DNA of 24,474 nt from an uncultured Beijerinckiaceae bacterium (GTDB lineage: Bacteria; Pseudomonadota; Alphaproteobacteria; Rhizobiales; Beijerinckiaceae): positions 1 through 24,474 of the forward strand of contig CAXTUM010000001.1 in assembly GCA_964247205.1 (NCBI GenBank). Direction: 5' to 3'. This document shows, in pieces, positions 16,023-24,474 of this stretch. The stretch's first letter is position 1. Each line of letters opens with the position of its first letter. A model generated the notes under the pieces. The model had not been told where the DNA came from, did no database searches, and saw nothing but the letters and a program-made list of their open reading frames with translations. Both the position numbers and the translations under genes were made by a program.

Positions 16023-17381
16023 GTGTCTGAGTTATCGCATCCCTTTTCCGTTATTTTGCCTGCTGCTTGCAGCAAGAGCATCATTGCGCCCGGTCGTGAC
16101 CTGCGCCTTGATTTTTTCCGCGGGATCGCGCTGCTGATGATCTTCATCGACCATGTTTCGGGCAACCGGTTTGCAGCGATCACCCTGCAGAGCATGGGGT
16201 TTGCCGATGCCGCTGAGATGTTCGTTTTCATCGCAGGCATGTCAGGCGTTTATGCCTATCGCAAGGTCATCCTGAACAACGGCCTGGCCGAAGGTTGCCG
16301 CGCGGTTTTTGCGCGCATCCGCACGCTCTATTTCGCGCACGCCGCCATGGTTGCAGGGGTGCTGGTTTTTGCCCTGGCTGCTCATTTCCATGGGACCGGG
16401 TTTGATGTCATCCGCAAGCTGGGCCTGCAGCCCCTGCTGGACGACCCGCTTGCGGCCATGATCAGGCTGCCCGTTCTGACTTATATGCCGAATTATCTCG
16501 ATATCCTGCCGCTTTATGTGGTTCTTCTCGCGTTGTTGCCGATTATCGTGCTCGGCCAGCGCTTGCATGTGCTGCTGCCGGTCATCTCGGCAGCAGCAGT
16601 TTACGCGGCCGCTCAAACGTTCGGCTGGACCTTGCCCAATCTGGGCAATCCGGATGGCTGGTTCCTGAACCCGTTTGCGTGGGCGCTGCTTTTCGTGATG
16701 GGCGCAACAACCGCCCAGCTCACGAGTGATGCGGTTTGGTCGAGATTGCCGCGCCCCCTGGTTGCTGCGCTTACGCTCGGCGCTGCAGCCTATGTGGTCT
16801 TCGCCTTCCTCTATGCCGCACCGTGGCGGATGATCCCTGCGCTTGAGCCCTTCGTGGCCTTCAGCTTCAGCATCGATTCAGACAAGGCGCTGCTGTCCTG
16901 GCACAGGCTGACCGATATGCTCGCCAAGGTCTGGCTGGCGGCTGTCATGATTCCCCGTGACGCTGCGTTCATGACGCGCGGTATTGGCGCCTCAATCAGC
17001 CGTGCCGGGCGCCATTCGCTGCCGGTTTTCATTGCCGGAACGTTTCTGGCGCTGTTAGGTTCGGTCGTCCTCTACGAAGGCGAGGGAGCAGACTTCTGGC
17101 ACGTCACGGTCACCCTGGCCGGGATCATGGCTTTGCTGGCGCAGGCCTGGGCCATCGAAAACAATCTGTGGAGTCGGATGCAGGTGCTCACAGAACGCTC
17201 GGCCAATGGGCACTCGTCCGCGTTATTTTGCCGAAATAAAAGCAGAGATCAGGGTTTTGCGCTCTCCGCCACCTGCGGCTTGGCCGAAATCATCTCGGCC
17301 AGAAGCTGTCCCACGCAGAGATGCATCGCATCGGTCATGTGGAGGTCGTCGCGGTCCGTCATTTCCGCCATACCCACCTGA
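16023..17381 (+). CDS. opgC: OpgC-family membrane acyl(succinyl)transferase; start uncertain, C-terminus runs into the convergent gene
   Basis: RDLRLDFFRGIALLMIFIDH, GFADAAEMFVFIAG, LDILPLY, WFLNPFAW, GRHSLPVF; multiple TM helices. Confidence 0.85.
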   Translation: MSELSHPFSVILPAACSKSIIAPGRDLRLDFFRGIALLMIFIDHVSGNRFAAITLQSMGFADAAEMFVFIAGMSGVYAYRKVILNNGLAEGCRAVFARIRTLYFAHAAMVAGVLVFALAAHFHGTGFDVIRKLGLQPLLDDPLAAMIRLPVLTYMPNYLDILPLYVVLLALLPIIVLGQRLHVLLPVISAAAVYAAAQTFGWTLPNLGNPDGWFLNPFAWALLFVMGATTAQLTSDAVWSRLPRPLVAALTLGAAAYVVFAFLYAAPWRMIPALEPFVAFSFSIDSDKALLSWHRLTDMLAKVWLAAVMIPRDAAFMTRGIGASISRAGRHSLPVFIAGTFLALLGSVVLYEGEGADFWHVTVTLAGIMALLAQAWAIENNLWSRMQVLTERSANGHSSALFCRNKSRDQGFALSATCGLAEIISARSCPTQRCIASVMWRSSRSVISAIPT

Positions 17382-18010
17382 TGGGTCTCGGCGAGCTGTT
17401 TCATCGCCGCAAACCGCTTGAAATGGAAAACGCGTCCCTTGGGACCGGTGCGGGCAGCCCTGTCGATCAGCGCCTGCATCGGCAGCGCATCGGGATCCCT
17501 GATCACCATCGGCGCATATTGCAGGTCGAGCAGAACGACGGGAATGCCCTTGTCCGTCAGGATCTTGAGGCCGGACTGGATTTCCTCGTGCCGCCCCTCA
17601 AGGCCGTTGTAGCGGAGCACGTCATTCACGCCCAGCTGCCAGATCACCAGCGACGGCTTAAGGGCGATGACATCGGTCTCGAACCGCGCGACCGTATCGC
17701 GCATGGTCTCGCCGCCCTTGCCTTTGTTGACAACTGTCAACTCTGCCTTCGGCCACAGTTTGGAAAGCGAAGTCTGCAAGGCGGCCGGATAGACCTTGTT
17801 GCGGGCATTGCGGACAATGCCTTCGGTCGAGGATGAACCGATGGCAACGATGGTCATGGATTGGGGCGAAAGCGCCGGGCCATCGGCAAAAGCCGCGCTG
17901 CGGGCCGAGCTGCAGGTGGCGTCATCCAGCTGATCCGCCCTGACGGGAGCCATGGCAGCAAGGCTCAAAGCCGCAGAAAGACCGAACCATTTCAGTATTC
18001 CAGCCCGCAC
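17249..18010 (-). CDS. Secreted SGNH/GDSL hydrolase (esterase/deacylase), ~253 aa, GTG start
   Basis: Block I IVAIGSSST, block II NKGKGGE, block III QLGVND, block V DDLH; signal peptide ending PVRA; GAGG RBS 7 nt before the GTG at 18010. Confidence 0.85.
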   Translation of the reverse strand: MRAGILKWFGLSAALSLAAMAPVRADQLDDATCSSARSAAFADGPALSPQSMTIVAIGSSSTEGIVRNARNKVYPAALQTSLSKLWPKAELTVVNKGKGGETMRDTVARFETDVIALKPSLVIWQLGVNDVLRYNGLEGRHEEIQSGLKILTDKGIPVVLLDLQYAPMVIRDPDALPMQALIDRAARTGPKGRVFHFKRFAAMKQLAETHQVGMAEMTDRDDLHMTDAMHLCVGQLLAEMISAKPQVAESAKP

Positions 18011-18106
18011 TTCGATGCCTCGAATTTCCGGTGGGCAGACGCTCTGCCCCCTTTGAAGATGCATTCCCAGATCGTACAAGCCAACAGAATCGCGGGAAGA
18101 GGATGA

Positions 18107-18796
18107 ATGTCCACTGAACAACTCAAGCGGGACGCCGCTGCCGAAGCTCTCAAGCTGGTGGAAAATGGCATGCGGCTGGGTCTCGGCACCGGTTCCACGG
18201 CGAAGCATTTCGTCAACCTGCTGGGCGAACGCGTCCGCGCAGGGCTGAAAGTCATCTGCGTCCCCACATCGGAAGTGACGGCGGCGCAGGCCCGCAGCCT
18301 CGCGATCCCGCTGACGACGCTGGATGAAACACCAGAGCTTGATCTGACCGTTGACGGTGCGGACGAGCTTGATTCGCATCTCCGGCTGATCAAGGGCGGC
18401 GGCGCGGCGCTGCTGCGCGAGAAGATCGTGGCTGCCGCCAGCCGCGACATGGTGGTCATCGCCGATATCAGCAAGCAGGTTGGCGTTCTGGGGGCCTTTC
18501 CCCTGCCGATCGAGGTGAATGCGTTTGGTCTGGGCGCCACGCAGCGGATGGTCGAGCTTGTTTGCGGCTCCGCCGTGGTCAGCCTGCGCAAGACCGCACA
18601 AGGCGCACCTCTGGTTACAGACGGCGGGCACCTGATACTCGACGCGCATCTGGGCTACATAGACGATCCCGAAGCTCTGGATGCTGCCCTGCACAGAATC
18701 CCGGGCGTCGTGGAGCATGGGTTGTTCATCGGCCTGTGCTCTCGGGCTTTCCTGGCATCGCCCAACGGGGTTGCTGTTATCGACAGGACGGCGTAA
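18107..18796 (+). CDS. rpiA: Ribose-5-phosphate isomerase A
   Basis: [56 protein letters not shown]. Confidence 0.97.
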   Translation: MSTEQLKRDAAAEALKLVENGMRLGLGTGSTAKHFVNLLGERVRAGLKVICVPTSEVTAAQARSLAIPLTTLDETPELDLTVDGADELDSHLRLIKGGGAALLREKIVAAASRDMVVIADISKQVGVLGAFPLPIEVNAFGLGATQRMVELVCGSAVVSLRKTAQGAPLVTDGGHLILDAHLGYIDDPEALDAALHRIPGVVEHGLFIGLCSRAFLASPNGVAVIDRTA

Positions 18797-18831
18797 CGCT
18801 CGCCAATCCCTGATATGAAGGCTTTCTGCTC

Positions 18832-19359
18832 ATGATCACGCTGCGCAAGTTGTTCCTCGCTATGGCCCTGATGGTTTCCGTTGTTCCCGCCATGGCGCAG
18901 CAGCCTCCCCTGGCCGCACCAGCACAAACCGCACCAGTGCTCAGCGAATCGCACCTCGCCGCAGCCCGCGAGGTTGTGACCGGCTCGGGCCTTGCACGCA
19001 CGTTCGAGGGCATGGTTCCCCAGATCGCCGACCAGATCCGCTCGGGATACTCGCGCACGCGCCCCGAGATCATCAAGGACATGGAAGAGTCGCTGAAGCC
19101 GATCATCGCCGAGCTCAACACGCGGACGGACCAAATGATCCTGATCGCCGCCCGTCTCTACGCCACGCAGATTTCCGAGCCTGAGCTCAAGGAGATCGCG
19201 ACCTTTTTCAAGTCTGCGGCTGGCCAGAAGTACGTGAACTCGCAGGGCCAGATCCTCAATGAGCTGTTCTCGGCCATGCAGGTGTTTTCCCAGACGCTCG
19301 GCAATGTGATGATGGACAAGTTGCGGGAAGATTTGCGCAAGAAGAACATCCAGCTCTGA
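18832..19359 (+). CDS. DUF2059-family exported protein
   Basis: Signal peptide ending PAMA-Q; YATQISEPELKEIATFFKSAAGQKY pattern; usual position between rpiA and gor. Confidence 0.82.
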   Translation: MITLRKLFLAMALMVSVVPAMAQQPPLAAPAQTAPVLSESHLAAAREVVTGSGLARTFEGMVPQIADQIRSGYSRTRPEIIKDMEESLKPIIAELNTRTDQMILIAARLYATQISEPELKEIATFFKSAAGQKYVNSQGQILNELFSAMQVFSQTLGNVMMDKLREDLRKKNIQL

Positions 19360-19373
19360 TCACGGGCGTCGGC

Positions 19374-20606
19374 ATGCCTGACAGACCTCTTTCCCGCGCA
19401 GGGCATGCGGGCTTCGCTGCCACGTTCGTTCTGGGCGTGGTTCTGCCGCTGATGATGGTGCCTGCGAGCAAGTCTTCTCCGCTGTTTCTGGGATTGGCCG
19501 CCATTCTTGCAGCGGTTGCCGTGTTCCATGCCCTCCCTCTGAGCCAGCTCAGGGAGACTGCCGCCCAGGTTCTTGGCGCTCCGGTGTCCTGGGCAGCAGG
19601 CGCACTGATCGCGCTCATGCTCACGTCGTGTCTGTGGGCGCATAACCGCAGCGCCTCGCTCAACCAGTTCATTCAGTTCATTGTCCCAGTGGCCTGCGGG
19701 ATCATTCTGGCGCTGGCTTTGCCGGTTATCGCCCATAGGAGCCGCGCAGTTTGGTGGAGCCTTGCGGCAGGCCTGGCCGGTCTGATCATCATCATTGATC
19801 TCAAGACAGGCTTCCAGCTCCGGCAAATCACCGGCGGGCGCGCAACTGACTACAGTTACAACCGCTCCATCGTGACGCTGACGCTTCTGGTCTGGCCATT
19901 GCTGGCGCTTGTGGCGGTGCGCAGGCAATGGCTGCTGCTGGCGCTGCTCGCGCCTGTTCCGCTTGCGGTCTACACGGGCGAAAGCCAGACGGCGGTGCTG
20001 GGCTTGCTCGTCGGCGTGCTCGTGCTGCCCATGGCGTGGTTTTTGCCCCGTCTGACGAACTGGCTCGGCCTTGCCGCGGTACTGACAGTGCTGGCGACGT
20101 CGCCATACTTTGGCACGCTGGCCAAACAGGCGCTGGGAGCGAGCTTTCATAAGGCGATGGCAGCCGGACATTCCGATGATCGCGTCAATATCTGGCTGAG
20201 CTTCGAGGCGGCAGCGCAGAGAAAGTGGCTGCTGGGCAACGGGTTCGGCTCCAGCCTCAACCTGCAGAATGCGGCGGTGGCGAAGGAAATCGCTCCGGAG
20301 CGGGTGACGCTGCTGGGCGCAAGCCACCCGCACAATGCCTTTCTCCAGCTCTGGGTCGAGCTGGGTCTGGCAGGCGCCGCACTTGTGGCCGTGCTTTTCA
20401 TCTTCCTGTTCAGATCCATCGGGCGCGCCGATCCCCGCCTGCAACCCTTCATGCTGACATGGGCGGCTGTTGTCTGCGCCATTGCGCTCGTCAGTCATGG
20501 CGCATGGCAGGCCTGGTGGGTCGCGGCGATTGCGGCATCTGCCGCCGGCTTTCTTGCGACCGCGCAGGAGCTTCAGGCCGAAGGCGGATCAGCCGCGCCG
20601 TTGTAA
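19374..20606 (+). CDS. O-antigen ligase / Wzy_C-family membrane protein (410 aa)
   Basis: Multiple TM helices; periplasmic loop with DDRVNIW, LGNGFG and HPHNAFLQLWVELGLAG (H-x-H-N..E-x-G). Confidence 0.82.
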   Translation: MPDRPLSRAGHAGFAATFVLGVVLPLMMVPASKSSPLFLGLAAILAAVAVFHALPLSQLRETAAQVLGAPVSWAAGALIALMLTSCLWAHNRSASLNQFIQFIVPVACGIILALALPVIAHRSRAVWWSLAAGLAGLIIIIDLKTGFQLRQITGGRATDYSYNRSIVTLTLLVWPLLALVAVRRQWLLLALLAPVPLAVYTGESQTAVLGLLVGVLVLPMAWFLPRLTNWLGLAAVLTVLATSPYFGTLAKQALGASFHKAMAAGHSDDRVNIWLSFEAAAQRKWLLGNGFGSSLNLQNAAVAKEIAPERVTLLGASHPHNAFLQLWVELGLAGAALVAVLFIFLFRSIGRADPRLQPFMLTWAAVVCAIALVSHGAWQAWWVAAIAASAAGFLATAQELQAEGGSAAPL

Positions 20607-20657
20607 AGCGCCGTACTGCTGACTATCTGGTTTTGATCCCTTGCAGAAAGCCTTCCC

Positions 20658-22037
20658 ATGACCGCCCATGATGTTGATCTCTTCGTGATTGGCGGGGGCT
20701 CCGGCGGCGTGCGTGCGGCACGCATTGCGGCGGGGCATGGCGCGGCGGTGATGCTGGCGGAAGAATTCCGCATGGGCGGCACCTGCGTGATCAGGGGGTG
20801 CGTGCCCAAGAAACTGCTGGTCTATGCCTCGCGTTTTCAGGACAGCTTCGAGGACGCGGCGGGCTTTGGCTGGACCGTGCCGGAACCGAGCTTCGACTGG
20901 CCGACGCTGGTGCGCGCCAAGGAGAGGGAAATCACGCGCCTCGAAGGCATCTATACCCAGACACAGGACAAGGCGGGCGTCACCGTCGTGAAGTCCCGCG
21001 CAGTCCTGGAAGACGCGCATACCATTCGGCTGCTGTCAGATGGACGGAAGGTAACCGCGAAGCATATTCTGATCGCAACCGGAGGCAGGCCCAATATGCC
21101 GGGGGATTTGCCGGGTGTGGAACACGCCATCAGTTCCAACGAGGCCTTCGACCTGCCAACCTTTCCAAAGCGGATCGTGATTGCCGGAGGCGGCTATATC
21201 GCGGTGGAATTCGCGGGGCTGTTCGCCGGGCTGGGAGCCGAGGTCACGCTGGTCTACCGCGGCGGCAACATCCTGCGCGGCTTCGATGAGGACATGCGCA
21301 ACGGCCTGCGGGCGGCCTATGAGAAGCGCGGCATCCGCTTTATTTTCAACGATGTGTTTTCAGCTATCGAGAAGACACCATCAGGTCTCGTGGCCCGCAC
21401 GAAGGGCGGTCTGGCGCTGGACACCGATCAGGTGATGTTCGCCATAGGCCGCTCGCCTAACGTGGAAGGCCTTGGCCTCGACAAGGCTGGCGTCAAGATC
21501 GGCCAGGAAAACGAGATCCTTGTCGATGCCTCCTCCCGCACGAACATTCCGCATATCCACGCGGTCGGCGATGTGACGAACCGGATCACTCTGACGCCGG
21601 TCGCGATCCGCGAGGGGCATGCCTATGCTGACAGCACTTTCGGCGGCCAGGCATGGACAGTGGATCACAGCGATATCGCAACCGCTGTCTTTTCAACGCC
21701 GGAGATCGGCACGGTGGGCCTGACCGAAGCGCAGGCGAAGGCAACCTGCATGGCTGTCGATATCTACAAGGCTTCTTTCCGGCCCATGAAGGCCACCCTG
21801 TCAGGCCGTGACGAGCGGATGATCATGAAGATCATCGTCAATGGCGAAACCGACCGCGTTATCGGCGTGCATATCCTCGGCGAGGATGCGGGCGAGATGG
21901 CGCAATTGCTCGGCATCGCGGTCAAGATGAATGCCAGGAAGGCGGATTTTGATGCGACGATGGCCCTTCATCCAAGCGCTGCGGAAGAGCTGGTGACCAT
22001 GCGCACGCCAAGCGAGCGCTGGCGGCGCGAAGGTTAA
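20658..22037 (+). CDS. gor: Glutathione-disulfide reductase
   Basis: IGGGSGG, redox-active CVIRGCVPKK, GGGYIAVEFA, AVGDVT, LTPVAIREG, HPSAAEE. Confidence 0.96.
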   Translation: MTAHDVDLFVIGGGSGGVRAARIAAGHGAAVMLAEEFRMGGTCVIRGCVPKKLLVYASRFQDSFEDAAGFGWTVPEPSFDWPTLVRAKEREITRLEGIYTQTQDKAGVTVVKSRAVLEDAHTIRLLSDGRKVTAKHILIATGGRPNMPGDLPGVEHAISSNEAFDLPTFPKRIVIAGGGYIAVEFAGLFAGLGAEVTLVYRGGNILRGFDEDMRNGLRAAYEKRGIRFIFNDVFSAIEKTPSGLVARTKGGLALDTDQVMFAIGRSPNVEGLGLDKAGVKIGQENEILVDASSRTNIPHIHAVGDVTNRITLTPVAIREGHAYADSTFGGQAWTVDHSDIATAVFSTPEIGTVGLTEAQAKATCMAVDIYKASFRPMKATLSGRDERMIMKIIVNGETDRVIGVHILGEDAGEMAQLLGIAVKMNARKADFDATMALHPSAAEELVTMRTPSERWRREG

Positions 22038-22963
22038 GCCCGCAGCTTCCGCCACAGCCTGCCGTCAATCGCCGCCAGTCCCAGCCCGATAAACGCCATG
22101 CCGATAAGGTGTTGCACCTTCAGCACCTCACCCAGTACGGCAATACCCAGAAGGATGGCGCTGACGGGAATGAGAAATGTCACCAGCATCAGGTTTGTTG
22201 CCCCCGCGCTCGAGAGAATCTGGAAGAACAGGATATAGGCCAGCGCCGTCGAGAAGATGCCCATGGCGATGATGCTGGCGATTGGCGCCGCGCCTGGCAT
22301 CGGCCTGTTCCAGGGCTGGCTGATAACGCCTATGATGACAGACATCATGACCGTACTGGCCGTCAACTGGCCCAGCGCCGTCTGCATCGGCGTGATGCCC
22401 ATGGCCTTGAAGCGCCGTCCATAAAGGCTTGAAAAGGCATAGACTACGGCAGCTGCCAGACAGGCGATCTGGCCCATTGCTCCGGCACCGATGCCGGACA
22501 ATACATCCAGCCCGATCATGATCGCCACACCGGTGAGACCGAGGAGAACGCCCGCTATCTTCAGCGGCGTCACCTTCTCGTCGCCCGTGAAGACATGCAG
22601 CACGACAACCGTGAACAGCGGTGTCGTGGCATTAAGGATGGAGGCCAGTCCCGCCGCGACGCTGGCGGGCATCTGGCTTTGCCCCCAGAAGATCAGGCTG
22701 AACGGAATCACGTTGTTGAGGATGCCCATGCCGAAGAACGCGACCCACACCTTCCGGTCACGCGGGATGGCGACACCCAGCACTTTCAGGATGATCAGCA
22801 GGGTGATGGCCGCGATTGTGACGCGCAGCCAGACCAGCACGAGCGGTGTCACGCCATTGCCCGCACCCGCTGGCCAGCCCTTCAGAGCAATGGCTGCCAG
22901 CATGTAGGTGCCGCCCCACAGAAGCGACAGCAGCAGCATCCGGCTCCAGTCTTTTGCGTTCAT
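22034..22963 (-). CDS. EamA/DMT-family transporter
   Basis: Two EamA-like halves, about 10 TM segments; NNVIPFSLIFWG, LNATTPLFT, GEVL. Stop overlaps the gor stop by 4 bp. Confidence 0.9.
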   Translation of the reverse strand: MNAKDWSRMLLLSLLWGGTYMLAAIALKGWPAGAGNGVTPLVLVWLRVTIAAITLLIILKVLGVAIPRDRKVWVAFFGMGILNNVIPFSLIFWGQSQMPASVAAGLASILNATTPLFTVVVLHVFTGDEKVTPLKIAGVLLGLTGVAIMIGLDVLSGIGAGAMGQIACLAAAVVYAFSSLYGRRFKAMGITPMQTALGQLTASTVMMSVIIGVISQPWNRPMPGAAPIASIIAMGIFSTALAYILFFQILSSAGATNLMLVTFLIPVSAILLGIAVLGEVLKVQHLIGMAFIGLGLAAIDGRLWRKLRA

Positions 22964-22999
22964 TGCAGCCTCAATTCCAAGCCACGTTTGTAGGCGCTG

Positions 23000-24474
23000 T
23001 CACACCCCGCGCACACCCGAAACTTGCTGATGGATGCCATCAAGCGCGTCGTCCAGAACCCGCACGACATGCACCGCATCGCGCCCTGCACCATCATGAA
23101 TCTGATGCCGGCATGATGTGCCATCTGCCACGATGAGATCGTCCGCACCCGCCTTCCGCACGGCGGGCAGGAGGGACAGTTCCGCCATCTGCATCGAGAC
23201 ATCAATGTGCTTCGCTTCATATCCAAAAGCGCCCGCCATGCCGCAGCAGCTGGATTCGATCACGCTGACATCAAGCCCCGGCACTGCCTTGAGACAGGCC
23301 TCGACCGCACCCATCACGCCTGACGCCTTCTGGTGGCAATGTCCGTGGAGATGCGCCTTGCGGCCTGCCTGATCCTTCAGCGAAAGGGACACTTTTCCAG
23401 AGCCAAGATCAGCGGCCAGCAATTCCTCGATCAGCAGCGCATTCGCCTTGACCGGTGCGGCCATTGCTGGCGGAAGCAGCGCGCCGAATTCATCCCGGAG
23501 AGTCAGCAGGCAGGAGGGCTCAAGTCCAACCACCTTCGCGCCCCGCGCGATGAAAGGCAGCAATGCTTCCGCCGTGCGCGTCGCCTCATGCCGCGCCTCA
23601 TTCACCTGTCCGCAGGAAAGATAGGTGCGCCCGCAGCACAAAGGCCTGCCGCCGTTGCCAGGGTGCACATGATGCAGCCGGTATCCCGCCGCTTTCAGCA
23701 CGCGTGCTGCGGCTTCCAGATTCTCCCGCTCGAAGGCGCGGTTGAACGTGTCGCCGAACAGGATGACATCAAGCCCGTCCCCCATGACATCGGCAGGCGA
23801 AGCCAGTTCGCCGCTTTCGCGCCACGGCTTGCGCCAGACCGGCAATGAACGGCGTGCGGAGAAGCCCAGCAGCTTCTCCGACAGCACAGCCAGCCCCGGC
23901 AGTCTGTCCCGCAGGTTCAGCAGAGGCGCGAGCTTCGCAGCCAGCCCCGCATAACGCGGCAGATGCGCCACCAGCCGTTCTTTCAGCGGCAGGCCGTGCC
24001 GGGAATGATAGTGGCTGAGGAATTCCACCTTCATCTTCGCCATGTCGACGCCGGTCGGGCATTCCCGCTGGCAGGCCTTGCAGCCGACGCAGAGATCCAT
24101 CGCTTCCTTCATCTCGGGAGAAGTCAGTGCATCCGGCCCGAGCTGTCCAGAGATCGCCAGCCTCAACACGTTCGCCCTGCCGCGGGTCACATGCGTCTCG
24201 TCCTTCGTCACCCGATAAGATGGGCACATGGCGCCGCCCGAAAGCTTCCGGCAGGTTCCGTTGTTGTTGCACATCTCGACAGCAGCACCGAAACTGCCGT
24301 GCTCCGACCAGTCGAGGCTGGCGGGTGCGGGAAGGGCTGTTTGATAGCCATCGCCAAAACGCATCAGGCTGCTGTCATCGAAACGAAGAATACTTCCCCC
24401 TTCCCCCTTGGGGGAAGGGGGGGGTGCCGCAATCTTGCCTGGGTTCATCCGGTTTTCCGGATCAAACGCCTGCT
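23000..24474 (-). CDS. FAD-linked oxidase / 4Fe-4S / CCG-domain oxidoreductase (YdiJ / D-2-hydroxyacid dehydrogenase-like), 5'-truncated by the window edge
   Basis: Frame open to the edge (QAFDPENRMNPGK, end of the FAD-oxidase C domain); CNNNGTCR..MCPS, CVGCKACQRECP, LCCGRT, HGHCHQK, SCCGMAG, GTSCRHQI. Confidence 0.9.
   Translation of the reverse strand, partial: QAFDPENRMNPGKIAAPPPSPKGEGGSILRFDDSSLMRFGDGYQTALPAPASLDWSEHGSFGAAVEMCNNNGTCRKLSGGAMCPSYRVTKDETHVTRGRANVLRLAISGQLGPDALTSPEMKEAMDLCVGCKACQRECPTGVDMAKMKVEFLSHYHSRHGLPLKERLVAHLPRYAGLAAKLAPLLNLRDRLPGLAVLSEKLLGFSARRSLPVWRKPWRESGELASPADVMGDGLDVILFGDTFNRAFERENLEAAARVLKAAGYRLHHVHPGNGGRPLCCGRTYLSCGQVNEARHEATRTAEALLPFIARGAKVVGLEPSCLLTLRDEFGALLPPAMAAPVKANALLIEELLAADLGSGKVSLSLKDQAGRKAHLHGHCHQKASGVMGAVEACLKAVPGLDVSVIESSCCGMAGAFGYEAKHIDVSMQMAELSLLPAVRKAGADDLIVADGTSCRHQIHDGAGRDAVHVVRVLDDALDGIHQQVSGVRGV
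24392..24425. repeat. GC-rich palindrome lying in frame inside the oxidoreductase interdomain linker
   Basis: CCCCCTTCCCCC-TT-GGGGGAAGGGGG perfect 12-bp inverted repeat (24396-24421), extendable by G.U pairs; includes a G8 run at 24417-24424; encodes PPPSPKGEGGS. Confidence 0.7.

Noticed and set aside
18033-18049. GGGCAGA-CGC-TCTGCCC hairpin between SGNH and rpiA
   Set aside because: Short stem with a 3-nt loop between divergent starts; not placed as a terminator and plausible by chance at this GC content.
18011-18718. 236-aa N-terminal extension of the SGNH ORF (apparent 489-aa fusion)
   Set aside because: It is the antisense of rpiA plus the spacer; a GTG with RBS and signal peptide at 18010 explains the gene.
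22034-22037. 4-bp stop overlap gor/EamA and 3-bp gap hcxB/LtaS-like without terminators
   Set aside because: Common in compact alphaproteobacterial genomes that rely on Rho.

Overview
High-GC chromosomal segment whose gene set and order point to an alphaproteobacterium (probably Hyphomicrobiales). No mobile element, RNA gene or CRISPR array is visible. Left to right: a minus-strand general L-amino-acid ABC transporter (aapP partial, aapM, aapQ) preceded by four tandem, colinear 342-aa aapJ-type binding proteins; divergent metC; an L,D-transpeptidase lipoprotein; an HDAC-family deacetylase, an MFS transporter, an HSD10-type SDR and an HcxB/YbiC-type dehydrogenase; an envelope-modification trio (LtaS/CgmB-like transferase, opgC, SGNH esterase); rpiA, DUF2059, an O-antigen-ligase-like gene and gor; an EamA transporter; and the 3' part of an FAD/Fe-S oxidoreductase. 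Most interesting: the four-paralog aapJ array with diverged ligand pockets, a Pho-box-like repeat over the promoter of the LtaS-like gene divergent from opgC, the ligase-like gene inside rpiA-DUF2059-gor, and an in-frame GC palindrome in the oxidoreductase linker. All calls come from motif recognition without database searches.
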